A model generated the notes under the pieces. The model saw nothing but the letters and a program-made list of their open reading frames with translations, did not search any database and was not told the origin of the DNA. Made by a program: the position numbers and the translations under genes. A stretch of DNA of 64,000 nt from Kiritimatiellia bacterium (GTDB lineage Bacteria; Verrucomicrobiota; Kiritimatiellia; JAAZAB01): positions 129,093 to 193,092 of the forward strand of contig JAXGPF010000013.1 in assembly GCA_040767085.1 (NCBI GenBank). The letters are read 5' to 3'. This document shows positions 29,353 through 39,361 of this stretch, piece after piece. Numbering within the stretch: position 1 is the first letter of the stretch; the number at the start of each line of letters is the position of its first letter.

Positions 29353-30846
29353 ATGACTGAAAGAGAAAAAAAATGGCAGGAAATCCGTTTGAAACGGATC
29401 AGGGAATGGGAAAACGGACGTAAATACGCCGATTTCGTGGATCATGACTCCATTCTTGCGCTTTTGGAGCGGAAACGGAATCCGGATGTCCGGGAGGCTA
29501 TGGAAATAGTGGAAAAATCGCTGCATAACGCCCATTTTGGAACCTTGCTCAGCGCGGAGGATACGGCGATCTTGGTTAATTCCCGCGATCCGCAGGTCTG
29601 GGAAGCCGTGTTCGATGCGGCCAACCGAATTAAACGCATGGTTTACGGCAATCGGATCGTGCTGTTCGCGCCGCTTTACATTTCCAGCGTTTGCGTCAAT
29701 AATTGCCTTTATTGCGGTTTCCGGGCCGGCAATCCCGATGTGGTCAAGCGCATCCTGTCACCGGAAGAATTGCGCTGTGAATTGCGCGAATTGTTGAAAG
29801 TGGGACATAAACGCCTGATATTGGTTTATGGGGAACATCCCGACAGCGATCATGAATTCATTTGCCGGACGGTGAGGGAGACTTACGCCATAAAACTGGG
29901 ACACGGCGATATTCGGCGCGTTAACATCAATGCGGCGCCGTTGTTCGAGAATGAATACCGGATGGTCAAATCCGAGGGCATCGGCACCTACCAGATATTC
30001 CAGGAGACCTACCATCGTCCGACTTATGAGAACTTACACCCGCGCGGGACGCTTAAGGGCGAATATGATTGGCGGCTTCTGGCGATGCATCGGGCGCAAT
30101 CGGCGGGGATTGATGATGTAGGATTGGGTGTTTTGTTCGGCTTGTATGATTGGCGGTTCGAGTTGTTGGGGCTTTTGGCGCATGCCGCGGCGTTGGAGCG
30201 GGAATTCGGCATCGGCCCGCATACCATTTCATATCCGCGCATGGAGCCGGCGGTCGGCACGCCGTTTGCCACCAATTCTTCCTGGCGGGTCAGCGATGAT
30301 GATTTCCGCAAGATTGTCGCGGTGATCCGCTTGATGTGTCCGTATACCGGGTCCATACTCACCGCCCGCGAGCGGCCGGAACTGCGCCGGGAGGTCATGC
30401 GCTTGGGCGGCGTTTCTCAAATGGACGCCGGATCCCGCATTGGGGTAGGCGGGTATTCGCAAATGGAGCAGGAACACTTGCCTGACCGGCAACAATTCAT
30501 CCTCGGCGATACGCGCAGCCTGGACGATTTCATCCGGGATTTGTGCCAGGACGGCTATCTGCCTTCTTTCTGCACCGCCGGTTACCGGGAAGGACGCACC
30601 GGGGCAAATTTCATGCCGCTGGCCAAGCACGCTACGGTGAAAAAATTTTGCATTGCCAACGGTATTTTGACTTTTCAGGAATATCTGTTGGACTATGCGT
30701 CCGATACCGTGCGGTGGATGGGAACCGAACGCGTTTTGCCGGCATATCTGGCTTGGCTGGATCAGCGCCTGCCGGAAATGGCCGGCAAGGTGCGCGATAA
30801 TTTGCAACGCATGCAGAATGAAGAAAAGCGGGATTTGCGGTTCTAA
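29353..30846 (+). CDS. hydG: [FeFe]-hydrogenase maturase HydG-like radical SAM tyrosine lyase (variant C-terminal motif)
   Basis: YGNRIVLFAPLY, CVNNCLYC, GIGTYQIFQETYH, GIDDVG, GPHTIS, PSFCTAGYR. Confidence 0.88.
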   Translation: MTEREKKWQEIRLKRIREWENGRKYADFVDHDSILALLERKRNPDVREAMEIVEKSLHNAHFGTLLSAEDTAILVNSRDPQVWEAVFDAANRIKRMVYGNRIVLFAPLYISSVCVNNCLYCGFRAGNPDVVKRILSPEELRCELRELLKVGHKRLILVYGEHPDSDHEFICRTVRETYAIKLGHGDIRRVNINAAPLFENEYRMVKSEGIGTYQIFQETYHRPTYENLHPRGTLKGEYDWRLLAMHRAQSAGIDDVGLGVLFGLYDWRFELLGLLAHAAALEREFGIGPHTISYPRMEPAVGTPFATNSSWRVSDDDFRKIVAVIRLMCPYTGSILTARERPELRREVMRLGGVSQMDAGSRIGVGGYSQMEQEHLPDRQQFILGDTRSLDDFIRDLCQDGYLPSFCTAGYREGRTGANFMPLAKHATVKKFCIANGILTFQEYLLDYASDTVRWMGTERVLPAYLAWLDQRLPEMAGKVRDNLQRMQNEEKRDLRF

Positions 30847-30865
30847 AACAAGGGAGGAATCAACA

Positions 30866-31243
30866 ATGGCAGCATTACCTGAAAAAGTGCGGCAGGCGTG
30901 GGCGGACCGGGATGGTCCGGCAATTCTGGCGACGGTTGACGCGGATGGTACGCCCAACATAATTTATGCCAGCGCCGTAGGCATGTTTGGCGATGACCGC
31001 ATTGTGGTGGCCGATAATTATTTCGACAAGACCCGCAAAAACATCCTGCGCGGCAGTAAGGCCGCCCTGCTGTTCATGACCAAACAGCGCAAGGCGTATC
31101 AGGTCAAAGGGGGCCTGGAATATCACCAGTCCGGACCGGTATTTGACAGCATGAAAAAATGGAATTCGCCGAAACATCCCGGGCGTGCCGCCGCGGCGTT
31201 GCAGGCGGAAACGATTTATTCCGGCGCGGACCGGATTGTTTGA
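30866..31243 (+). CDS. Pyridoxamine 5'-phosphate oxidase-like FMN-binding protein
   Basis: LATVDADGTPN, ADNYFDKTRKNI, YQVKG; GGAGG RBS. Confidence 0.85.
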   Translation: MAALPEKVRQAWADRDGPAILATVDADGTPNIIYASAVGMFGDDRIVVADNYFDKTRKNILRGSKAALLFMTKQRKAYQVKGGLEYHQSGPVFDSMKKWNSPKHPGRAAAALQAETIYSGADRIV

Positions 31244-31280
31244 CGCCCAGCCGCGAGCGCTGATGACGGATTGATAATTG

Positions 31281-31925
31281 ATGATCAAGAATCCGATAAT
31301 ACGCTGGGTGCGACGGGAGTATTTGCACGCTTTTCATGCATTGCACCCGGCATCGCGCCGGAAATCTGTCCATTGGCATGAAGCGGAAGGGCCGGAGTTT
31401 CTGCTGCAAATCGGCGTTACCCCGGGAGATGTCCTGCTGGATTTCGGCTGCGGACCGGGCTATTTTTGCCTGCCTGCCGCCCGGGTGGTCGGGGCTGAGG
31501 GTTGTGTTTATGCGGTGGATAAAAATCCGCGGGTATTGCGTCAAGTCCGGCGGCAGGCCGCCGCGTTCAATTTGCCTAACCTGCGTACGGCAGCCAGTTT
31601 ACCTTCGGCGGCGGAACAACTCAACGGCCAGCCTTGCAATTTTATCCTGTTTTACGATATGCTGCACTTCCTGGACGGGCCCGCCCGCCGCGCTTTATAT
31701 GCGGGAGCGCGCGGCATCCTGGGGGGAAAAGGGCGGCTGTCGGTCCATCTCAAGCATGTCAAGGGTGATGAGCCCGGGCGGTTTTTCGCGGAGATGACCG
31801 CCGATGAAGTGGCGCGTGAAATCGAAATGGCGGGGTTTTGCCTGTTCCAGAAAATTCCCGCCAGGATTTGGCATTCACACGCCGCCGTTGAGAGCATGGT
31901 TTGGAATTTTATTAAACGGGAATAA
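31281..31925 (+). CDS. Class I SAM-dependent methyltransferase
   Basis: VLLDFGCGPG, VYAVDKN. Confidence 0.8.
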   Translation: MIKNPIIRWVRREYLHAFHALHPASRRKSVHWHEAEGPEFLLQIGVTPGDVLLDFGCGPGYFCLPAARVVGAEGCVYAVDKNPRVLRQVRRQAAAFNLPNLRTAASLPSAAEQLNGQPCNFILFYDMLHFLDGPARRALYAGARGILGGKGRLSVHLKHVKGDEPGRFFAEMTADEVAREIEMAGFCLFQKIPARIWHSHAAVESMVWNFIKRE

Positions 31926-31932
31926 TTGGGTT

Positions 31933-32292
31933 ATGAACGTTGCAGTCCTCGGCGCCAGCAATAAACCGGAGCGTTACAGCAACATGGCCGTCAAGTTGCT
32001 TCAACAAAATGGGCATGCGGTTTTCCCGGTCAACCCCGCTTTGCCGGATATTGACGGCATCAGGGTTTTTGCCAGACTGGGCGATATTCGGGCGCCCATT
32101 GATACCGTGACGGTATACCTGGGCGCGGAGCGTTCCAATGCGCTGGCGGCGGAGATTCTGACGGCGCGGCCACGGCGGGTGATTTTCAATCCCGGCGCGG
32201 AAAATCCGGAGTTGGCGGCGCAATTGCAGGCGGCGGGGATCGAAGTCGTGCAAGCCTGCACCCTGGTGCTGTTGAAGACCGGCGGTTTTTAA
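31933..32292 (+). CDS. CoA-binding protein (YccU-like)
   Basis: VAVLGASNKPERYS, PVNP, IDTVTVY, FNPGAEN, ACTLV. Confidence 0.88.
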   Translation: MNVAVLGASNKPERYSNMAVKLLQQNGHAVFPVNPALPDIDGIRVFARLGDIRAPIDTVTVYLGAERSNALAAEILTARPRRVIFNPGAENPELAAQLQAAGIEVVQACTLVLLKTGGF

Positions 32293-32297
32293 TTTCC

Positions 32298-33161
32298 ATG
32301 CAAACCACCTTGGCATGTATCCCCTGTTTCGTGCGTCAGATCAACGAGGCCATGGCGCTTTGCGGCGTGGAAGAGGCGCGGGGTGCGGAAATCATGCGCG
32401 GTTTGCTGCGCGAACTGGCGGATAGCGATTGGCAGGTCGCGCCCGTGGCGCTGGCCCAGCGTTTGCACCGCCGGATACGGGAGTTGGTGCAGCGCCCCGA
32501 TCCGTATTTGACCGTGAAGGATCGCATGAACCGACTGGCGTTGGAATTGTTGCCGGAATTGCGCCGCCAGGCGGCGCAACAGCCGGATCCCGCCGAAGCG
32601 GCGGTGCGGGTCGCCATTGCCGGCAACCTGCTCGATTCGGGCGCCAAAACATCGCTGACCGACGCGGAAGTCCGCGCCGCCATGGACCGGGTGTTTCATG
32701 ACCGTCTGCGCGGCAGTGTGCCGGCGTTGCTGCGCGCCGCCGGGCTGGCGCGCCAGATTCTTTTTCTGGCCGATAATGCCGGAGAAATAATTTTTGACCG
32801 CATGCTGATCGAACTGTTGCCGGCGGAGAAAATGTTTGTCGCCGTGCGCGGCCGCCCCATCATCAATGACGCCCTGATGGCGGATGCCGAAACGGCCGGG
32901 TTGCCGGAAATCGTCCCGGTGCTTGACAACGGCTCCGATGTGCCGGGAACAATCCTGTCGGATTGTTCTGAGGAATTTCAGCGGATTTATGCGGACAGCG
33001 ATTTGATCATCGCCAAAGGCCAGGGCAACTACGAGAGCCTCAGCGACACTGATAAGCATATATTTTTCCTGCTGCGGATCAAATGCCCGCTGGTGGGCGG
33101 GCATGTCGGCGCCGATGCGGGCGATATGGTGATTTATGAGCGAAACGCGTTTCGATTTTGA
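32298..33161 (+). CDS. DUF89/ARMT1-like damage-control phosphatase
   Basis: CIPCF, DPY...K...N, AIAGNLLD, DNAGEIIFD, PIINDA, AKGQGNYESL, KC. Confidence 0.9.
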   Translation: MQTTLACIPCFVRQINEAMALCGVEEARGAEIMRGLLRELADSDWQVAPVALAQRLHRRIRELVQRPDPYLTVKDRMNRLALELLPELRRQAAQQPDPAEAAVRVAIAGNLLDSGAKTSLTDAEVRAAMDRVFHDRLRGSVPALLRAAGLARQILFLADNAGEIIFDRMLIELLPAEKMFVAVRGRPIINDALMADAETAGLPEIVPVLDNGSDVPGTILSDCSEEFQRIYADSDLIIAKGQGNYESLSDTDKHIFFLLRIKCPLVGGHVGADAGDMVIYERNAFRF

Positions 33162-33789
33162 CCGGATGGCGGACACTTACGACACCTGGTATGCCACCGC
33201 GGCCGGGCGGCGCCAGGATGCCGCCCAGAAACAGTTGATCGGCCGCCTGCTGCCGGATGCCGGGGCCGGCCGGCAATTGCTGGATGCCGGCTGCGGCACC
33301 GGCCATTGGAGCGTGTTTTTCGGGGAACTGGGGTTTCGTGTGGCTGGCATCGACCTTTCGCGGAAAATGATCGCAGCGGCGCGGGCGCGGCAGGCGGCTA
33401 ATTGCCGGTTCAGCGTGGGGGATGTCATGCGCCTGCCTTACAAGGATGGCCGGTTCAATGTCGCCTGCGCGATTACGGTGATGGAATTCGTACCGGACGT
33501 GCAAAAGGCCTGCGAGGAAGTTTTGCGCTGCCTGAAGCCCGGCGGCTGCATGGTGGTCGGCGCGTTGAACCGCCTGGCGGCGATCAACCGACAGCGCGCC
33601 GCCGCCGGGGCCGAGCCGTTCGCCTCGGCGCACATGTTCACGCTGGCCGAGCTCCAGCAATTCCTGGGGCAATTCGGCAATGTGACCATCGGCATCTCCA
33701 TGGAAAACAACGGCCGGCCGGGCGCGGGCCGGCGCGCCGGAACTTCAGCGGCCGGCGCCCTGATCGCGGCGCGGGTGGATAAATTATGA
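33136..33789 (+). CDS. Class I SAM-dependent methyltransferase
   Basis: LLDAGCGTG, GIDLS, LPYKDGRF, LKPGG. Confidence 0.87.
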   Translation: MSETRFDFDRMADTYDTWYATAAGRRQDAAQKQLIGRLLPDAGAGRQLLDAGCGTGHWSVFFGELGFRVAGIDLSRKMIAAARARQAANCRFSVGDVMRLPYKDGRFNVACAITVMEFVPDVQKACEEVLRCLKPGGCMVVGALNRLAAINRQRAAAGAEPFASAHMFTLAELQQFLGQFGNVTIGISMENNGRPGAGRRAGTSAAGALIAARVDKL

Positions 33790-35633
33790 AAAACAAACAA
33801 TACCGCGTGGCCATTCAACCCCAGGGCAGACATGTGTATGTGCTGCCGGGCACAATCCTTTTGGAAGCCGTCGCCGGCAGCGGCGTGGTGCTGGATACGC
33901 CGTGCGGCGGGGCCGGCACCTGCGGCAAATGCCGCGTGCGGGTGACTGCTGGAACCGCGGCCCCGGCGGGCGCAGATATCAAGACGTTCACCCCCGCGGA
34001 ACTGGCGGACGGCTGGCGGCTGGCCTGCCAGTTGCGCGTGCAGAGCGATTTGACCGTGGATGTTCCGGACTCGTCATTGTTTGCCGATCAGCACCAGATT
34101 CTCGCGACCGCCGCCGGCGGCACCATCGAAGTCGCGCCGGCCATCCGCAAGCGTTACCTGGAATTGGCGGCGCCCTCGCTGGAAGACCCCACGCCGGACC
34201 TGCTGCGGCTGGAAAAATCCGCCGGCGCCTTCAAAACCGACATGCGCGTGCTGCGCCAACTTCCGGCGCGTTTGCGCGGATGCGATTTCAAGGGCACGGC
34301 GGTGCTGGCCGATAATTTGCTGATTGATTTCGAGCCGGGCAACACCGCGGCGCAGGTGTATGGCGCGGCCTTCGACCTGGGGACAACCACGCTGGTCGGC
34401 GCCATGCTGGATTTGAACACCGGGCAGCAGCGCGCGGTGGTCTCGCGCATGAACCCGCAGATCCGGTTCGGCGATGATGTGCTTTCCCGCATCCGGCATG
34501 CCTCCTCCTGCGCCGAGTGCCTGGAAGATGTCCAGAAGGCCGTGACGCATGAGATGTCCACCATTCTGGAAACGCTCTGCCGCGAGGCCGGCGTGGAACG
34601 CCGGCATGTGTATGAAGTGGCCGTCGCCGGCAACACGGCCATGCAGCAGATTTTCTGCGGCATAGATTCCCGCGCCCTGGGCGAGGTGCCATTCGTGGCG
34701 TCGCACGCCCGCGGTCTGCTTTTCCCGGCGCGCGACATCGGGTTTCCCGTTGCGCCGTGCGGGATGGTCTATGTCTTCCCCGTCATCGGCGGCTTTGTCG
34801 GCGGCGACACCACCGCCGGCATCCTGGTGACCCGCATCCTGGAACGCGAAGGGCCGGTGCTGATGGTGGATATCGGCACCAACGGCGAAATCGTCCTGGC
34901 CCATGCGGGCCGGATGTGGTGCGCCTCCACCGCCGCCGGACCCGCCTTTGAAGGCGCGCGCATCGCCTGCGGCATGCGGGCCGCGCGCGGCGCCATTGAA
35001 AAAGTCGTCTTTAATGACGATGTCCAGTTGGGCGTCATCGGCCAGGCGCCGCCCAGCGGCATCTGCGGCAGCGGGCTGATCGACCTGGTCGCCGAGTTGC
35101 TGAATGCGGGCATCATTACCCCGGAAGGCCTGATCTGCGCGCCGGCGGAATTGCCCGCCGGCCTGCCGAAAAACCTGGCCCGGCGCGTGCGCGTCAATGG
35201 CGACGGCGCGGCGGAGTTTCTGCTGGCCGCGCGCGCCCGCGGCCAGGCCGAGGAGCCGGTGGTGCTGACGCAGCGCGATGTGCGCGAGGTGCAACTTGGC
35301 GCGGGCGCTATCCGCGCCGGCGTCGCCATCCTGCTGAAACATGCGGGCATCGAGGCGGAAGCGTTGAAGACGGTGCTGCTGGCGGGCGGATTTGGCAATT
35401 TTATCCGGCGCAACCATGCCCAGCGCATCGGGCTGCTGCCCCAGGGGGTTGCCCATGAAAAAATCGTTTACGTCGGCAACGCCTCGCTCAGCGGCGCACA
35501 GTGGGCGCTTTTGAGCGTCGCCGCCCGCAAACGCGCCGAAACGCTGGCCCGCCAGGCCGAACATGTGGATTTGTCGCGCGACCCGGAATTTCAAATGGTG
35601 TTCGCCGAATCCATGATCTTTCCGGAAACATGA
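33786..35633 (+). CDS. ASKHA-domain reductive activator of corrinoid enzymes (RACE/DUF4445) with N-terminal [2Fe-2S] domain
   Basis: CGGAGTCGKC..RLACQ, DLGTTT, FGDDVLSRI, GGFVGGD, DIGTNGE, AAGPAFEG, GICGSG, LAGGFG. Confidence 0.92.
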   Translation: MKNKQYRVAIQPQGRHVYVLPGTILLEAVAGSGVVLDTPCGGAGTCGKCRVRVTAGTAAPAGADIKTFTPAELADGWRLACQLRVQSDLTVDVPDSSLFADQHQILATAAGGTIEVAPAIRKRYLELAAPSLEDPTPDLLRLEKSAGAFKTDMRVLRQLPARLRGCDFKGTAVLADNLLIDFEPGNTAAQVYGAAFDLGTTTLVGAMLDLNTGQQRAVVSRMNPQIRFGDDVLSRIRHASSCAECLEDVQKAVTHEMSTILETLCREAGVERRHVYEVAVAGNTAMQQIFCGIDSRALGEVPFVASHARGLLFPARDIGFPVAPCGMVYVFPVIGGFVGGDTTAGILVTRILEREGPVLMVDIGTNGEIVLAHAGRMWCASTAAGPAFEGARIACGMRAARGAIEKVVFNDDVQLGVIGQAPPSGICGSGLIDLVAELLNAGIITPEGLICAPAELPAGLPKNLARRVRVNGDGAAEFLLAARARGQAEEPVVLTQRDVREVQLGAGAIRAGVAILLKHAGIEAEALKTVLLAGGFGNFIRRNHAQRIGLLPQGVAHEKIVYVGNASLSGAQWALLSVAARKRAETLARQAEHVDLSRDPEFQMVFAESMIFPET

Positions 35634-36064
35634 CATCCCTGAGCACAACTTCCGCATCGGTTGACGCCGTTAAGGGCGCCACTTTAAAGGAGCGGGCGCA
35701 AATGGTGCTGGCCACCCTGGGGCGCACGCCGGCGGAAATCAACCGGGCGTTCCGGCGGTTGGCGAAACTCCATCACCCGGATGTCCGGGGCGGCGATGCC
35801 GTTAAATTCAAGCTGATCAATGAAGCCTGCGAATTGCTGCTGGCAGGTAAAATTTCAAAAATTCCGTTGCTGGCGAATGCGGCATTGATCCTGAGGATGA
35901 CGGGCCGCCGCGCCGCGCCGTTGCTGGATTACCAGCAGATCTGGGAAGAATATCAACGCTGGCACGATCAGAAATTCCATGACGGCGACTGGTTTTATCC
36001 CGGATCGCCGGATGCCGGACGCCGGGTGCGGAAAACCAGATCAAACAGGAGACCGCGCGCATGA
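35630..36064 (+). CDS. Small J-domain protein
   Basis: EINRAFRRLAKLHHPD..GD...FKLINEA. Confidence 0.75.
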   Translation: MTSLSTTSASVDAVKGATLKERAQMVLATLGRTPAEINRAFRRLAKLHHPDVRGGDAVKFKLINEACELLLAGKISKIPLLANAALILRMTGRRAAPLLDYQQIWEEYQRWHDQKFHDGDWFYPGSPDAGRRVRKTRSNRRPRA

Positions 36065-36417
36065 CCATCCTGATAGTTTTTAACCGCGAACCCTATGACG
36101 GCACGGATGTAACCTGGAATGGTCTGCGGCTGGCCGGGCAATTGCAGCGCAATGGACACGCAGTGCGGATTTTTCTGATGAACGACGCCGTTGACCTCGC
36201 GCGGGACGCCTGCCGCCCAACGGCCGGGTACGACCAGGATTTGTCCGCCATCCTGAAGGAATTGACCGCGCAGGGTGTGCCGGTCAAGGTCTGCGGCACC
36301 TGCATGGCGCGTTGCGGCATTTATAAAAACCAGCCGTATTTTGACGGCGCGGCCAAATCCACCATGGCGGAATTGGCGGCATGGGTGGCGGAGAGCGACA
36401 AGGTGTTGACTTTTTAA
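36061..36417 (+). CDS. DsrE/DsrF-like protein
   Basis: PYDGT..WNGLRLA, IFLMNDAV, CGTCMARCG, SDKVLTF. Confidence 0.88.
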   Translation: MTILIVFNREPYDGTDVTWNGLRLAGQLQRNGHAVRIFLMNDAVDLARDACRPTAGYDQDLSAILKELTAQGVPVKVCGTCMARCGIYKNQPYFDGAAKSTMAELAAWVAESDKVLTF

Positions 36418-36430
36418 TGGAGGAAAATAT

Positions 36431-37120
36431 ATGAGCATCAGACCGGAAGTTTGGCCGTTTCTCGTGGCCGTGTCGCTGTTCTTTGGCGTGGTTGCCATGA
36501 TCCTGGCGCGGCGCGCCAGGAAACGCACCGCTGTCCTGATCGTCTGCGGCATCCTGGAACTCGTCGGCTTGGCGTATTTCTTGTATTTCTTCCGCGATCC
36601 CGAGCGCACACCGCCCGGGCGCAATGATCTCGTGGTCGCGGGCGCCGATGGCCGCATTGCAGCCATCAAGGATGTGGTTGAGGGGGAATACCTGCAAACC
36701 AATTGCGTGCGCATCAGTATTTTCCTCAGTTTGTTTGATGTGCATGTCAACCGCGCGCCCATTGCCGGCCAGTCAACGTTCCTCGGGTATTTTCCCGGGC
36801 GGCATCTGTTCACCTTCCAGGAAAAATCATCGGATGTCAACCAGCATAACAAGATTTTGATCGAGGGGGAAAAGACCCGATGCCTGATCACCCAGATCGT
36901 CGGCCCGGTGTGCCGGCGGGTGGTTTACTGGCCGGATCATGAGCGGGCGGTCGCCTTGCAGCAGGGCGACCGTATCGGCATGATGAAATTCGGTTCGCGC
37001 CTGGATATGTATTTCCCCAAGGATGACGTGGAAGTGGCGGTGGCGCTGGGTGAACAGGTCCGCGCCGGCGAGACCATCATTGCGCGCATCGCCGCCCGCG
37101 GGGAAAAGATTCCCAAATGA
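36431..37120 (+). CDS. psd: Phosphatidylserine decarboxylase family proenzyme, copy 1
   Basis: FFRDPER, ADG, ISIFLSLFDVHVNRAP, GMMKFGSRLD cleavage motif, VRAGET. Confidence 0.88.
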   Translation: MSIRPEVWPFLVAVSLFFGVVAMILARRARKRTAVLIVCGILELVGLAYFLYFFRDPERTPPGRNDLVVAGADGRIAAIKDVVEGEYLQTNCVRISIFLSLFDVHVNRAPIAGQSTFLGYFPGRHLFTFQEKSSDVNQHNKILIEGEKTRCLITQIVGPVCRRVVYWPDHERAVALQQGDRIGMMKFGSRLDMYFPKDDVEVAVALGEQVRAGETIIARIAARGEKIPK

Positions 37121-37953
37121 TCAAGATCACCATCGTGGCCGAAAATACCGCCGCCCGGGCGGGCGTACTGGGCGAGCATGGCTTGAGTTTCTGGATTGAA
37201 ACGCCGGCGGCGCGGTTGCTCTTTGACGCCGGCCCGGCGCTGTCGTTCCGGCATAATGCCGGCGCGCTGGGGATTCCCCTGGGCCGGGCGGATGCGGTGG
37301 TGCTCAGCCACGGCCATGATGATCATACCGGCGGCTTGTCATGGGCGTTGCCCCGGATGCCGGATGCAAAGATATTTCTGCATCCCGACGCCTTGCAGCC
37401 GCGCTTCAGCCTGCGCGGGCAAGCGCATCCCATCGGCATGCCGGCCGATGCCCGCGGCGCTCTCAAGGCGCGTGCAAGCAGCCTGGTTTGGACAGCGCGC
37501 CCCGCGAAAATTGCCGCGGGCATTCATGTCACCGGGGCCATTCCGCGCAAAAGCGAGTTGGAGGATACGGGCGGGCCGTTTTTCCTGGATGCCGGCGGCA
37601 CACAACCTGATCCGATTTCCGACGATCAGGCGCTCTGGCTTGAAACTCCCTCCGGCCTGATCGTGGTGCTGGGATGCGCGCATGCCGGCGTGATCAATAC
37701 CGTTGAATATATCCGGAGTATGGCCCCGGGGCGCCCGGTGCGAGCATTGCTGGGCGGCATGCACCTGGGCGCGGCCTCGCCCGACCGCCTGGATTGGACC
37801 GTCAAGGCATTGCAGAAATTACTGCCGCGGCAATTGTCGCCCATGCACTGTACGGGTTTGCCGGCGGTCGCCGCTTTGTGGCAGGCCCTGCCGGGACGTT
37901 GTCTTGCGGGCGGCGCGGGCGTGTGTTTTGAGTTTAGCGATTCATTGAAATAA
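37117..37953 (+). CDS. MBL-fold metallohydrolase, copy 1
   Basis: GEHGLS, LSHGHDDHTGGL, DDQAL, GCAHAG, GGMHL, HCTG. Confidence 0.9.
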   Translation: MIKITIVAENTAARAGVLGEHGLSFWIETPAARLLFDAGPALSFRHNAGALGIPLGRADAVVLSHGHDDHTGGLSWALPRMPDAKIFLHPDALQPRFSLRGQAHPIGMPADARGALKARASSLVWTARPAKIAAGIHVTGAIPRKSELEDTGGPFFLDAGGTQPDPISDDQALWLETPSGLIVVLGCAHAGVINTVEYIRSMAPGRPVRALLGGMHLGAASPDRLDWTVKALQKLLPRQLSPMHCTGLPAVAALWQALPGRCLAGGAGVCFEFSDSLK

Positions 37954-37965
37954 AAGGATACAATC

Positions 37966-39234
37966 ATGATTGACGGATGTAAGAATAATACGGGCGCCTG
38001 CGCCCAGAAGCAGCGCCCAGCTCCCGGCGCGGACGCCAAAACCCTGGATGAATTTTTGGAGCATGAACAGCTGCGGGAACGCCTGGGCAGGATTCGCCAT
38101 AAAATCATGGTGATGTCCGGCAAAGGCGGGGTTGGCAAGAGCACGGTGGCGGTCAACCTGGCGGTGTCGCTGGGATTGGCCGGCCGCCGGGTCGGCATCC
38201 TGGATGTGGATATTCACGGGCCCAGCATTCCGCAGATGCTGCACCTGGAAGACGCACGGGTGCAGTCGGATGGCGACGGTTTGCAGCCGGTAGCGCATGC
38301 CGGGTTGAAGGTCATGTCCCTCGGGTTTCTCTTGAATAACCGGGATGACGCGGTGATCTGGCGCGGCCCGCTGAAGATGAGCGTCATCAAGCAATTCCTT
38401 AAGGATGTGGCCTGGGGCGACCTGGATTACCTGATCATTGATTCGCCGCCGGGCACGGGCGATGAGCCGCTGTCAGTGGCGCAACTGGCGGCGCCGGTGA
38501 CCGGCGCGGTGATCGTCACCACGCCCCAGAGCGTGGCCACCGCCGATGTGCGCAAGTCCATCAATTTTTGCCGGCAATTGAAAATGCCGGTGCTGGGCGT
38601 GGTGGAAAACATGAGCGGATTCGTCTGCCCGAAATGCGGGGAAGTGTCTTATATTTTCAACTCCGGCGGCGGGGAGAAAATGGCCGAAGCCATGCAAGTC
38701 CCGTTTCTGGGGCGCATTCCCATTGACGCCAACGTCGGCCTGGCGTGCGATGCCGGCGCGCCGTTTGTCTATCATTACAGCCGCACGGAAACGGCCAAGG
38801 CCTTTGAGCGGGTGATTGCGCCGGTCCTGGCGCTGTCCGAAAATGGTTCAAACAAAAACTCGGAAACGCAAATTAACAATGGGGAGCAAGACAACATGAA
38901 AATTGCCATTCCAATGGCTGATGGAAAACTGTGCCTGCATTTCGGTCATTGCGAACAGTTTGCCCTGATTGAAGCCGATCCGCAGTCCAAAAAAATCATC
39001 GGGCGCAAAGACCTGACGCCGCCGCCGCATGAGCCGGGGGTGCTGCCCAAATGGCTGCATGAACAGGGCGCGAACATGATCATCGCCGGCGGGATGGGGC
39101 AACGCGCTCAATCCCTGTTCGCGGAGCATGGCATCAAGGTAGTTGTGGGCGCATCCGGCGATACGCCGGACAAATTGGTCATATCCTATCTTGACGGAAG
39201 CCTTGTTTCCGGAACCAATGTCTGTGACCATTAA
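37966..39234 (+). CDS. Mrp/NBP35 Fe-S carrier ATPase fused to a NifB/NifX domain (MrpORP-like)
   Basis: [38 protein letters not shown]; then [28 protein letters not shown]. Confidence 0.92.
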   Translation: MIDGCKNNTGACAQKQRPAPGADAKTLDEFLEHEQLRERLGRIRHKIMVMSGKGGVGKSTVAVNLAVSLGLAGRRVGILDVDIHGPSIPQMLHLEDARVQSDGDGLQPVAHAGLKVMSLGFLLNNRDDAVIWRGPLKMSVIKQFLKDVAWGDLDYLIIDSPPGTGDEPLSVAQLAAPVTGAVIVTTPQSVATADVRKSINFCRQLKMPVLGVVENMSGFVCPKCGEVSYIFNSGGGEKMAEAMQVPFLGRIPIDANVGLACDAGAPFVYHYSRTETAKAFERVIAPVLALSENGSNKNSETQINNGEQDNMKIAIPMADGKLCLHFGHCEQFALIEADPQSKKIIGRKDLTPPPHEPGVLPKWLHEQGANMIIAGGMGQRAQSLFAEHGIKVVVGASGDTPDKLVISYLDGSLVSGTNVCDH

Positions 39235-39263
39235 AACAGTGTTTGAAAATCGCGTTGTTTACG

Positions 39264-39291
39264 CCTGAATTTTGCACTGCGCCAGGTTTGG
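39264..39291. mobile_element. Isolated end fragment of the CCTGAATTTTGCAC MITE family
   Basis: CCTGAATTTTGCACTGCGCCAGGTTTGGCG resembles the reverse complement of 21865-21894. Confidence 0.55.
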
Positions 39292-39361
39292 CGTTGCTCG
39301 AAACTTGGTTGTTGAAATTGATCTTATTTGTCATGTCCACAAACAACGGGAAGGAATGTAT

